A model generated the notes under the pieces. That model did no database searches. It worked only from the letters and a program-made list of their open reading frames with translations, and was not told where the DNA came from. From the IMG/VR virus record IMGVR_UViG_3300032954_000016, positions 1 through 55,166 of that record: a stretch of 55,166 nucleotides of DNA. The stretch is one strand, 5' to 3'. This stretch comes from a virus (lineage: Duplodnaviria > Caudoviricetes). The position numbers and the translations under genes were made by a program. Of this stretch, positions 36,258 through 43,783 are shown in pieces (the stretch's first letter is position 1; each line of letters begins with the position of its first letter).

Positions 36258-36296
36258 GGCGTTTTGGTCGCCGGGTCGCTGACCTCGGCGTTCGGC
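36206..36296 (+). repeat. attC-like site 13
   Basis: GCCGAAC caatc GGTCCAGCG..CGCTGACC tcggc GTTCGGC. Confidence 0.9.
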
Positions 36297-36847
36297 TTCT
36301 GGAACACGATCCAATGTGATTTGAAGTGCTTCCCGTAGCGGCTGCCGTAGAGCGGCTTTTCGGGAGTTAGCGCGAGGATTTCTTTCACGCTCACCTCGTC
36401 CTCGTTCCACTTGAAAACCAGCGTGCCATTCGGCCGCAGGACGCGGAAGCATTCAGCGAATCCTTTGGCGATCATTTCGCGCCAGTTGCCCCGGAGCACT
36501 CCATACTTTTTTAGTATCCAGCTCGTGTCGCCGTTCCGCTGGATGTGTGGCGGGTCGAAGATGACGTGCCAAAAGTGATTGTCTGGGAATGGCAGCGCCG
36601 TAAAGTCGGCCACGATGTCAGGATTGACCACGATTTCGCGCTCACCGTTTTTTACCGAGCAGTCAGCGGCCAGATGAGTTTCGCGGCGGATGTCCACGAA
36701 CAGCGCACGCGGGTCTTTGCGGTCGAACCAGAACATCCGGCTTCCACAAGCGGCGTCCAGCACAGAAGCCGAACAAGGCGCTGCACCCGCAATGACTGCC
36801 GCGGCGGGCGGTTCAGGCGAGGCGATAGATTTTGACGCGGCAGTCAT
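36254..36847 (-). CDS. Cassette 13 SAM-dependent (probable DNA) methyltransferase
   Basis: VLDAACGSRMFWF SAM motif, ADFTALPF, FDPPH catalytic-type motif, ECFRVL. Confidence 0.85.
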   Translation of the reverse strand: MTAASKSIASPEPPAAAVIAGAAPCSASVLDAACGSRMFWFDRKDPRALFVDIRRETHLAADCSVKNGEREIVVNPDIVADFTALPFPDNHFWHVIFDPPHIQRNGDTSWILKKYGVLRGNWREMIAKGFAECFRVLRPNGTLVFKWNEDEVSVKEILALTPEKPLYGSRYGKHFKSHWIVFQKPNAEVSDPATKTP

Positions 36848-36868
36848 GGGGTGAGCTTGTCGTTCGGC
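36768..36868 (+). repeat. attC-like site 14
   Basis: GCCGAAC aaggc GCTGCACCC..GGGTGAGC ttgtc GTTCGGC. Confidence 0.88.
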
Positions 36869-37059
36869 GCCGTCACTGGTGGTTGAGGTTGACCAGCGAG
36901 AAGAACTCGGCCCGGGTGGCCGGCGTCCCACGACACCGCCCCGTCGCGGCTCGCGTGCCTTCCGGGGTGCCCGGCTGCGAGCCCGCAGCGGACGGGCGCA
37001 GCGCCGGCCGGCACCGGCGCCAAACTCCCGCAGCGATTGATGATTCGTTCGGCTCTCAC
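36844..37059 (-). CDS. Backbone hypothetical protein reading into attC14
   Basis: GTG start; ends APNDKLTP with stop overlapping cassette 13 ATG. Confidence 0.5.
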   Translation of the reverse strand: MRAERIINRCGSLAPVPAGAAPVRCGLAAGHPGRHASRDGAVSWDAGHPGRVLLAGQPQPPVTAPNDKLTP

Positions 37060-37340
37060 GCGAACAGCTCCGGCTGCGGCTTGTGCCAGTTGGCCAGCCT
37101 CTCGAACGACAGCACGGTCTCGCCCTTGCGCCGGCCGCCCCTCCTGCGCACGTGCAGCCCGTCGCGGCGCAGCTCGAACACGTGCAGCTTGAGGACCGGC
37201 TCGTGCGCCGTCGGGCTGACCGCCGGCGAGCCGACGTCGACCGCCTTGACGACCCGGCCGCGCACCCGGTCGGCCGGCCTGCGCCACTGGTCGCGGGGCT
37301 TGATGGTGGCGAACGGCTTGCGCTTGGCGGTCTTGTTCAT
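37056..37340 (-). CDS. Basic hypothetical protein
   Basis: ATGA-coupled to methyltransferase gene. Confidence 0.6.
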   Translation of the reverse strand: MNKTAKRKPFATIKPRDQWRRPADRVRGRVVKAVDVGSPAVSPTAHEPVLKLHVFELRRDGLHVRRRGGRRKGETVLSFERLANWHKPQPELFA

Positions 37341-38518
37341 GGTTTGGGCGATGTACAGTCGGCTTTGTGCTGGCCAAGGCCAGCATATCGGTCAATCCAC
37401 TTTTGATCGAGCTGTCCTTTAGCTGATGGTTTCGGGGGCGGCGCGGCGGCTGCCGGTGTCGGTTTGGGCGGCTTTGGAGCCTTGGACCGGGCCGTTGGGG
37501 CGGCGACCAGCACCGGCGCGTCCTGCGCCAACGTAGGCGTTTTGGCCTTTAAAATACAGTCCCACTCCGGCTGGAGCGGCTTCAGACAATGCGGGCTGAA
37601 CCAGATCCGCTCCCGGGCTGAGTTTTCGCTGTTTCCTGCGGCGGCAGCGTATCCGCCGCTCGCTTTCCATGCAACACAATCCCACTCTTGAGGCATTTGA
37701 TGCTCTCCTTCGTACCCGCAGAGAGCTATTCGCAACAGCGGATTAGTTCCGTTTTCAACCGCCCACTGTTTGACTTTGTCTGAAACTCCGCGAGAGAAGT
37801 CTCCATACACATCATCGTGTCCGTCGGCATCGTAGGGCGGGTCCAAGAGAATGCCTGTCAGCCCTTGACCGAACGTCGCAGCCTTCGTAAGTACACGCGA
37901 CCAATCGCCGCAGCATACTTTGGTATGGCGCATCCGTTCAGCAATCGCCCGGAACCAAGCAACTATATTTTCAGTGTTACTTTCCGAGCCACCCCCTGAC
38001 CACCCGTCAGGTGCGGAACTTGCCGAATCAGCCACCCCCTGACCACCCGTCAGGTGCGGAACTTTCCGAGCCACCCCCTGACCACCCGTCAGGTGCGGTG
38101 CTGAATTTTGTTCCGTCGGATGACAAAAGTTGTCACCAATCCAACATGAGACCCCCCACATCCACCAGCCGGCTATTTTCGTGTCGTAGTAGTCGGGGTC
38201 GTTCTCCATTCGCTTGCGGAACTCCAACCGCTTGTGAAGCCACCGATGCCTGGCGTGTAAATCCGCCTCGTTAATTGGCCAGTCAGCGTGGAGTGCAGTT
38301 TCCTCCGGGGCGAACTTCATCGCACGCCAAGTATTAGCCACATAGCAATCAATATCATTCACAATCTCATTTTTGGGCTTGTGTGGTCGCCGTAGCAGCA
38401 CCGCCAACGAGCCAGCGAACGGTTCGACATAATTACCAACGTCGCCGAGCCGGGACCATATAAGGTCTGCGGCTCGTGACTTTCCCCCAAACCAGACAAA
38501 TGGCGTTTTCAGTTCCAT
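37337..38518 (-). CDS. DNA adenine methyltransferase (D12/Dam class)
   Basis: PFVWFGGKS, YVEPFAGS, NDID, LDPPY motifs. Confidence 0.9.
   Translation of the reverse strand: MELKTPFVWFGGKSRAADLIWSRLGDVGNYVEPFAGSLAVLLRRPHKPKNEIVNDIDCYVANTWRAMKFAPEETALHADWPINEADLHARHRWLHKRLEFRKRMENDPDYYDTKIAGWWMWGVSCWIGDNFCHPTEQNSAPHLTGGQGVARKVPHLTGGQGVADSASSAPDGWSGGGSESNTENIVAWFRAIAERMRHTKVCCGDWSRVLTKAATFGQGLTGILLDPPYDADGHDDVYGDFSRGVSDKVKQWAVENGTNPLLRIALCGYEGEHQMPQEWDCVAWKASGGYAAAAGNSENSARERIWFSPHCLKPLQPEWDCILKAKTPTLAQDAPVLVAAPTARSKAPKPPKPTPAAAAPPPKPSAKGQLDQKWIDRYAGLGQHKADCTSPKP
37988..38098. repeat. Three copies of 29-bp GCCACCCCCTGACCACCCGTCAGGTGCGG inside the MTase gene
   Basis: Copies at 37988, 38031, 38070. 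Confidence 0.9.
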
Positions 38519-39108
38519 CAGGCCAGCGCCTTCAACTCCTTGACCTGTTCAGCGGTCAACGGTGCCGGTTCGCCCCGATTGAATCCGCCTGTTCCTGAAT
38601 CAATGTTGACCGAGATTGTGATTTGGGATGACTTGATGCCTTTGGCTGCAAGGATTTTTGCGGCGTCCTGCTTGCTGATGCCCTCCTTGCCCATCCTGCG
38701 AAGCACAGCCCCAATTGAATATCCGAACACCTTTCCAGTGACGCGACCGTTAGCACTGGCTGTTGGTTTTGTGGCTCGCGTCTTCTTGACCTTGTCGGCC
38801 TTCGGCTTCACCTTGGTTTTCTTGCTTTTGTTTTTTTTGCTCATGGTTTGTCTCTCCTCGGCGGTCAGTGGTCCGGTTAGTCTGCTGGCGTCGGCCGCCG
38901 GGAACGCCAACAAGTCCTTGAGCCGCTGCGCGAGCTGGGGCTCGGTCAGCGGCGGCTTGTCTATCAACAAGAAGTCGTTTATGCTCGCGGGCATGACGGT
39001 CGTCGCGTAGTCCGCGGTCTTGGCGATCCTGGCCAGCCCGTCCTCCACGTGGAAGACGACCTGCGCCATCCCGCCCCACATGATGCAGTCTCCGGGTCTC
39101 AGTGTCAT
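38518..39108 (-). CDS. Hypothetical protein with Lys-rich/DNA-binding-like C-terminal half
   Basis: TGATG-coupled to MTase; an internal start MSKKNK with GGAG RBS is possible. Confidence 0.6.
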   Translation of the reverse strand: MTLRPGDCIMWGGMAQVVFHVEDGLARIAKTADYATTVMPASINDFLLIDKPPLTEPQLAQRLKDLLAFPAADASRLTGPLTAEERQTMSKKNKSKKTKVKPKADKVKKTRATKPTASANGRVTGKVFGYSIGAVLRRMGKEGISKQDAAKILAAKGIKSSQITISVNIDSGTGGFNRGEPAPLTAEQVKELKALA

Positions 39109-39445
39109 GTTCGGCTTTTGGTTGCGCTGCTTTTGGTTGAGGAACTCCCTGAGGCCGGCCGCCCCGCGCCACGGCGTCCCGCTCCGCGTGGCTGGCCACG
39201 CTCACCGGGTCGGCGCGCTTGGTGAATATCGCCGCCTCGCCGGTCAGCTTGTTCTCCACCGCCACGGTCTTGCGGGCCAGCGGCCAGCAGAGGGCGCGGG
39301 ACGATGTGGACTTCTCGACGATGTGCGGGCGCCCCTCGATGCTCAGGACGTCGCTGGGACGGAGGCGGACCAGGCCCAGCGTCGCGGCGCGGGCGTCGTG
39401 CTCGCGCTCCTCGGCGGCGGCCTCGTCGGACAGTGGCGGTCTCAT
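38750..39445 (-). CDS. Hypothetical protein (3' third overlaps next ORF; true end uncertain)
   Basis: ATG after promoter 39500-39528 and A/C-rich leader. Confidence 0.5.
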   Translation of the reverse strand: MRPPLSDEAAAEEREHDARAATLGLVRLRPSDVLSIEGRPHIVEKSTSSRALCWPLARKTVAVENKLTGEAAIFTKRADPVSVASHAERDAVARGGRPQGVPQPKAAQPKAEHDTETRRLHHVGRDGAGRLPRGGRAGQDRQDRGLRDDRHAREHKRLLVDRQAAADRAPARAAAQGLVGVPGGRRQQTNRTTDRRGETNHEQKKQKQENQGEAEGRQGQEDASHKTNSQC

Positions 39446-40140
39446 TTGGTTCTCGGTTTTCGGTCGTTGTCGCCGGACTCTTTTCCTACCGGCGGTGGAA
39501 GTGTAGCAGGGAGGCGGTTCTTGGTCAACTCCATTCTGAGGTAAATTTTCTGCACATCCACCCACCAGTTGGTATCGGCGGCGTACACGCGGTTGAGCGC
39601 GGCCAGGTAGGGGCCACGGCGGCCGCCCGCCGTCCAGGAGGACCAGGCGCGCTCGCAGAGCGCCAGGCACCTCTCCCGGGCGACGGGGGCCGGAAAGCCG
39701 ACCAGCCTGCCGTGGACGCGGTGCTCACACCCGTAGGGAAAGCGCACAGAGTGCTCGTGGACACGTATCGCTTCGCACAAAACAGGCCAGTCAAAATTGG
39801 TTTGCGCCGTAACGGAGATCGCGGCGATCAGCAAGGGCACGACGCCGGCTTTCAATAGGCGCGCCCGCCATTTGCGGCCGGCGTAGTAAGCCGACCACAG
39901 CTCGGGTCGGCCCATCGGCATCAGCGGACTCGGCGTATAAACGGAGTTGCGGAAAGCGTAGTCGCAGTCATTGCACATTCCGGCCGTCATCGTGGTCGCC
40001 TTGGGCATTTCCTCGGGCCTTATGGCGTCATCGCTGTTATATTCGGCGTCGCGCAGCGCGGCGAGCCTCGCTTGAACCCACTCCTCGTAGTTGCGCGAAT
40101 CGCTCCTCCATCCTGAACGGTTGAGGCTTCTCGCACTCAC
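39442..40140 (-). CDS. Protein with internal signal/TM segment and possible lysozyme-like C-terminal domain
   Basis: VVPLLIAAISVTA then LCEAIRVHE...PYG...RVYA..NWWVDV. Confidence 0.5.
   Translation of the reverse strand: MSARSLNRSGWRSDSRNYEEWVQARLAALRDAEYNSDDAIRPEEMPKATTMTAGMCNDCDYAFRNSVYTPSPLMPMGRPELWSAYYAGRKWRARLLKAGVVPLLIAAISVTAQTNFDWPVLCEAIRVHEHSVRFPYGCEHRVHGRLVGFPAPVARERCLALCERAWSSWTAGGRRGPYLAALNRVYAADTNWWVDVQKIYLRMELTKNRLPATLPPPVGKESGDNDRKPRTK
39500..39528 (-). promoter_or_regulatory. sigma70-type promoter TTGACC-17-TACACT
   Basis: Hexamers with 17-bp spacer. Confidence 0.7.
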
Positions 40141-40547
40141 AGCGTCAGCTCCTGCTGCGGGTCCTCGGCCCGGCCGCCGAGCCTGCGCACCAGCGCGGCG
40201 GCCAGCCCGCGCCGCTCCAGCGTGTAGGCGAAAATGGTCCGGCCGTTGGCGGCCGGCGCCTTCTCGCGGTCGGCGCGGCGGAAGGTCGCGGTGCGCCGGA
40301 TGATGCCGCCGGCCCGCTTCGAAGCCAGGAACCGGAACAGGCTCCCGACGCAGTTGCGGTCCGCGGCCGGAAGGTCGGCGTGGTCTATCTCGTCGGGGTA
40401 GAACTCGCCGGCCGCCAGCGCCCGGCTCAGGATGCGCACGCCGACCTTGGCGCAGCTCGGGTTCTTCCAGATGAGCTGGTTGACCAGCACGTCGTCCAGC
40501 GCCGCGTCGGTGGCCTTGGCGGCCATGCCCTGCTCGGTCATACTCAC
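40137..40547 (-). CDS. Hypothetical protein
   Basis: Coupled ORF ending QQELTL. Confidence 0.6.
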   Translation of the reverse strand: MSMTEQGMAAKATDAALDDVLVNQLIWKNPSCAKVGVRILSRALAAGEFYPDEIDHADLPAADRNCVGSLFRFLASKRAGGIIRRTATFRRADREKAPAANGRTIFAYTLERRGLAAALVRRLGGRAEDPQQELTL

Positions 40548-40834
40548 GACGACCACCTCCCGTTCGGGAACCGGTTGTGCTCCCCGGCGGCCGGAGCCGG
40601 CGCGGCCAGGACGCCGATGAGGTGCTTGTGCGCCTCCTTGGGCGCGTCGCACAGGTGGATGAGGTTGGCGGCCTTGGCGGCCGCGGCGGCCAGCGGCGAT
40701 CCCCAAGCCGCATCCTTGACCGCATTGACCAAGCGCAAGTGTGCCGCCTCGACGTGGCCCAGCCCGAGCAGCTCCGCCGCCCGGCGCAGCTCGGCCACCA
40801 TCTCGGCCTCGGTCAGTTTGGTGTCCGGTCTCAT
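40544..40834 (-). CDS. Hypothetical protein
   Basis: ATGA-coupled, GGAAAGG RBS. Confidence 0.6.
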   Translation of the reverse strand: MRPDTKLTEAEMVAELRRAAELLGLGHVEAAHLRLVNAVKDAAWGSPLAAAAAKAANLIHLCDAPKEAHKHLIGVLAAPAPAAGEHNRFPNGRWSS

Positions 40835-41721
40835 TGCTTTCCTTTCCCGTAGTTGTCGGAGAACCTGAGCAGCTCGGCGCGCATTAGCTCCTCGTCGGCG
40901 TGCGTCCGCTTCCACTCGTCCTGGTCGATGAGGTTGGTCACCGCTTTGGTCACCAGCGCGGCGAGCACCTTGGGCTCCAGCGCGTCCAGCTCCCACGACG
41001 AGGTGCCGAACCTGGCCACGTACGAGCCGGCCCGTGAGTCGGTCAGCTTGGCCGGGTTCTCCGGCGGCCCGTACTTCTCGACCTGGTCCATGTTCAGCGC
41101 CAGCCGCTTGACCTCGATGCCGCGGCCGGCCAGGAACAGCGCCAGCCGGTCGTCCACGTCCCGCGTCATGTCGATGCCCGAGGGGTCATGGTCGCCGAGG
41201 TACAGGATGAACAGGCCTTTGCCGTCCTCCTGCCGGCGCAGGTAGCGCTTGGACGCCTCGTACATGGCCGAGGACGACGAGTAGCCCTTGTTGGCGGTGA
41301 ACGGCACGTCCAGCTTGCGGCAGACCGGCTGAAGCACGCCCTCCAGCGCCTGCTTCTCGACCATCACCTCGACGTAGCTGGGCTGGTTGACCCAGTGGTC
41401 GATGCGGAACGAGTAGGCCGCGCTACGGACGATGTCGGCCGGCGAGTCCCAGTGGGGGTTGACCACGCACTCGCGCCCGCGGTCCTCGATGATGTCCCAG
41501 TCGATGAGCCCGGCGTAGCGGGCGTCGGACACCAGCCCGACGATGTTCTTGTAGCTGCGCTCGTTGTTGGGAATGACGGCGCGGCTCACGAGTTGGTAGT
41601 AGAGCTGCCGCACGGTCAGCTGAAAGCCGGCGGCCGCGTACTCGGCCAGGATGCCGGTGATGTGGTTGATCTTCGCCAGCGCCTCGGCGCCGAAGTTCTT
41701 CTCGATGAATTGTTCCTTCAT
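40831..41721 (-). CDS. Topoisomerase VI-A/Spo11-like wHTH + TOPRIM protein
   Basis: TVRQLYYQLV, VEVMVEK, KGYSS, YLGDHDPSG motifs. Confidence 0.85.
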   Translation of the reverse strand: MKEQFIEKNFGAEALAKINHITGILAEYAAAGFQLTVRQLYYQLVSRAVIPNNERSYKNIVGLVSDARYAGLIDWDIIEDRGRECVVNPHWDSPADIVRSAAYSFRIDHWVNQPSYVEVMVEKQALEGVLQPVCRKLDVPFTANKGYSSSSAMYEASKRYLRRQEDGKGLFILYLGDHDPSGIDMTRDVDDRLALFLAGRGIEVKRLALNMDQVEKYGPPENPAKLTDSRAGSYVARFGTSSWELDALEPKVLAALVTKAVTNLIDQDEWKRTHADEELMRAELLRFSDNYGKGKQ

Positions 41722-41891
41722 GGTCTGTGGTGGTTGCGGTCGTGGGTTTCGAGCAGCTCGTCCTCGCGGCGGCGGTCGCGGCGGTCCTCCTCCGCCTCGG
41801 CCAGCCGCTCGGCGCGGCGCTCCAGGTCCTCGTAGTCGATGTCCGTCAGCAGGCAGCCTGGCGGAAGGTTGAAGGCGGCCATGAGGTTCAT
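41718..41891 (-). CDS. Small charged hypothetical protein
   Basis: FNLPPGCLLTDID motif; GGAGG RBS; ATGA-coupled. Confidence 0.6.
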   Translation of the reverse strand: MNLMAAFNLPPGCLLTDIDYEDLERRAERLAEAEEDRRDRRREDELLETHDRNHHRP

Positions 41892-41991
41892 GCGGCCTCC
41901 TTCTGGCCGCGGACGGCAGCGAGCTTGTCAAGGTCGTCCTGCAACTTGGCTGCGATGTTGAGCAACTTTATCTCTGCTTCTTTGCGGTCGG

Positions 41992-42180
41992 TTAAACGGC
42001 GCGCAGTTCATAGTCCGCCGCGATCGCATCGGCTTGTTTCCGCGTCTTGCCCCATCTCTTCAGGTCCGCGTCGGTCAGCGCCCGTACTCCGGCGGCGGAC
42101 CGCTTGAGCCCGTCCTTGGCTTGCTCAACTGTGCAGCCCAGTGTTTTGGCCACGATTTCAGGTGTATATTTCGTTTTCAT
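41992..42180 (-). CDS. Small hypothetical protein (HTH-like)
   Basis: MKTKYTPEIVAKTLGCT after own promoter. Confidence 0.6.
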   Translation of the reverse strand: MKTKYTPEIVAKTLGCTVEQAKDGLKRSAAGVRALTDADLKRWGKTRKQADAIAADYELRAV

Positions 42181-42229
42181 TTTCGGTTTTCGGTTTTCGG
42201 GGTCGTGCTTGATTGCCCGACCTGCAATT

Positions 42230-42258
42230 AAGATACTCCACGACCCCAGTATACTCAA
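42230..42258 (-). promoter_or_regulatory. Promoter TTGAGT-17-TATCTT with GAGTAT direct repeat
   Basis: AT-rich intergenic region; GAGTAT overlaps both hexamers. Confidence 0.6.
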
Positions 42259-42296
42259 TGAAAAAGAACCATTTTATTCATTTCAGTATCAAAGGT

Positions 42297-42695
42297 TTAC
42301 GCCAGCCTCGTCAGAATTGCCACGGTTTTCTGCTGGTTTTTGTGCGCCACCTTGACGGCCTTGGCCGACCCCTCCAGCTCGCGCCAGCCGTCGCCGGGCA
42401 GCCAGCCCTCGGTCACCAGCGCGTCCTGGACCGCCTTGATCGCGGAGGCCGCGTTGTCCCAGTCGTAGGGGTTGCAGCAGTGGAGCGTGAACTCGACGCG
42501 GTAGCGGCGGCCACCGCCGCCCGCGCCAGCTCGTTCTCGCGCACGACCGCGCTCCAGTGCCGGCGCTGGTTGCGAGCCGACAGCGGCAGGAACGGGATGG
42601 TCAGCGTGATAATCTCGCCGGGCTCGGGCGGCCTCGGCCGGAACCTGGAGGCGGGCGCGGAAACTGGCGCTGGTCTTTTCAAGGTCGATGCCCAT
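42297..42695 (-). CDS. RusA-like Holliday junction resolvase
   Basis: DWDNAASAIKAVQDALV..G.LPGD motif. Confidence 0.75.
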   Translation of the reverse strand: MGIDLEKTSASFRARLQVPAEAARARRDYHADHPVPAAVGSQPAPALERGRARERAGAGGGGRRYRVEFTLHCCNPYDWDNAASAIKAVQDALVTEGWLPGDGWRELEGSAKAVKVAHKNQQKTVAILTRLA

Positions 42696-43194
42696 TTGCG
42701 ATGTCGCGCATCAGCGCCCGCAGCCGGCGCGTCTCGGCGTCCTCGGGCGCGTGGTTCCACTGCCCCCGCGGGCACAGCAGCCCGGCGCGCCTCGCGGCGG
42801 CGGGCTCGTCCTGTATGAACGCGTGGCCGCCGGCGCAGACGCCCTTGAAGAACCGCTTGTCGAGCATCAGCGTACCGGCCTTGCCGTGGGTGTGGTGTAT
42901 CTGGTCGGCGGGGTGGTGGTGGTCGTAGTGCACCGCGCACAGCGGGTTGGCCTCCAGGTACTCGGGCTTGACGACCTCGTTGTAGTAGGCCATCAGCCGC
43001 GACATGCGGCGCGAGCGGCGGCGGGGGCGCGAGCGGCGCGCCGCTGCTAGTTTGAACTTGGCGAGAGGGTCGCCGATGTAAGTCTCGTAGAGGACTCCGT
43101 CGCGCAGCACGCTGGTCACCGGCTTGCCTCCCAGCGCCGGCTCGGTCGCCCATGGCGCCGGCGCCGACTTCCGCTTGTAACCACGCAGGCTCAT
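42679..43194 (-). CDS. HNH-like endonuclease
   Basis: NPLCAV...DQIHHTHGK...GVCAGGHAFI. Confidence 0.7.
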   Translation of the reverse strand: MSLRGYKRKSAPAPWATEPALGGKPVTSVLRDGVLYETYIGDPLAKFKLAAARRSRPRRRSRRMSRLMAYYNEVVKPEYLEANPLCAVHYDHHHPADQIHHTHGKAGTLMLDKRFFKGVCAGGHAFIQDEPAAARRAGLLCPRGQWNHAPEDAETRRLRALMRDIANGHRP

Positions 43195-43394
43195 TGTTTT
43201 GTCCAACCTCTTCTTTCCTTGAGGTCGCGTTCAAGTGACTCGTTTATCAGTTTCGCGTGCATCCTCGCCGATTCTTCGGACCGCGCCTCAAACATAACAT
43301 CTACTCCTTGCTGGCTTCCAAATCGGAGATACCACTTATCAACACCCGGACAATAAATGGCCCGGGCGAACTTGAACTCGCGATATAGGTTCAT
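43191..43394 (-). CDS. Low-GC hypothetical protein
   Basis: MNLYREFKF, GGAG RBS, ATGA-coupled. Confidence 0.6.
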   Translation of the reverse strand: MNLYREFKFARAIYCPGVDKWYLRFGSQQGVDVMFEARSEESARMHAKLINESLERDLKERRGWTKQ

Positions 43395-43783
43395 GTCTGC
43401 TCCTCCTGGTTGGGCAGCGCGGCCAGCAGCTCGTCGAAGTTGTCGTCCTCCTTGGCCGCGGCCCGCGCCGCCTTGATGTGCTTGCACCGGCGCCGGAACA
43501 GCCGCTGGTCGGCCGGCGACATGGCCGCCAGCTTTGGGCCGAGCCGCTTCTCGAAGTGCCAGCAGCCGCAGCCGCCGTTGCGCTCGTAGGTCATCAGGTC
43601 GACCTGGTAGGTGCTCCGCTCCAGCCTCCCGGGCGGCTGGCGGCCGTTGACCTCGCAGCGCCGGCACGGGTCGCCGACGCGGTAGCGCAGCGCCCGGGTC
43701 ACGAAGCCGCAGCCGGGCCGGTCGCACGAGAGGGACTCGGCCTCGACGGCGAACGTGGTCAGGGAGAGGCGGGTCGCCTTCAC
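43391..43783 (-). CDS. SWIM-type zinc-finger protein
   Basis: YQVDL..GCGCWHF...CKHI. Confidence 0.7.
   Translation of the reverse strand: MKATRLSLTTFAVEAESLSCDRPGCGFVTRALRYRVGDPCRRCEVNGRQPPGRLERSTYQVDLMTYERNGGCGCWHFEKRLGPKLAAMSPADQRLFRRRCKHIKAARAAAKEDDNFDELLAALPNQEEQT

Larger units (their letters stand above)
31518..36868 (+). mobile_element. Integron-like cassette array: 14 attC-like sites, 13 cassettes, no integrase (CALIN-like)
   Basis: Sites at 31518-31571, 31926-32023, 32250-32339, 32563-32654, 33004-33127, 33352-33459, 33859-33983, 34290-34416, 34569-34689, 34941-35107, 35562-35694, 35934-36054, 36206-36296, 36768-36868; each AAC-5nt-L''(extra base)...L'-5/6nt-GTT; low GC. Confidence 0.92.

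Noticed and set aside
31518-36868. CRISPR array or REP/terminator interpretation of the repeats
   Set aside because: Repeats are not identical, vary from 54 to 167 bp, flank whole genes and show attC box structure with offset core pairing
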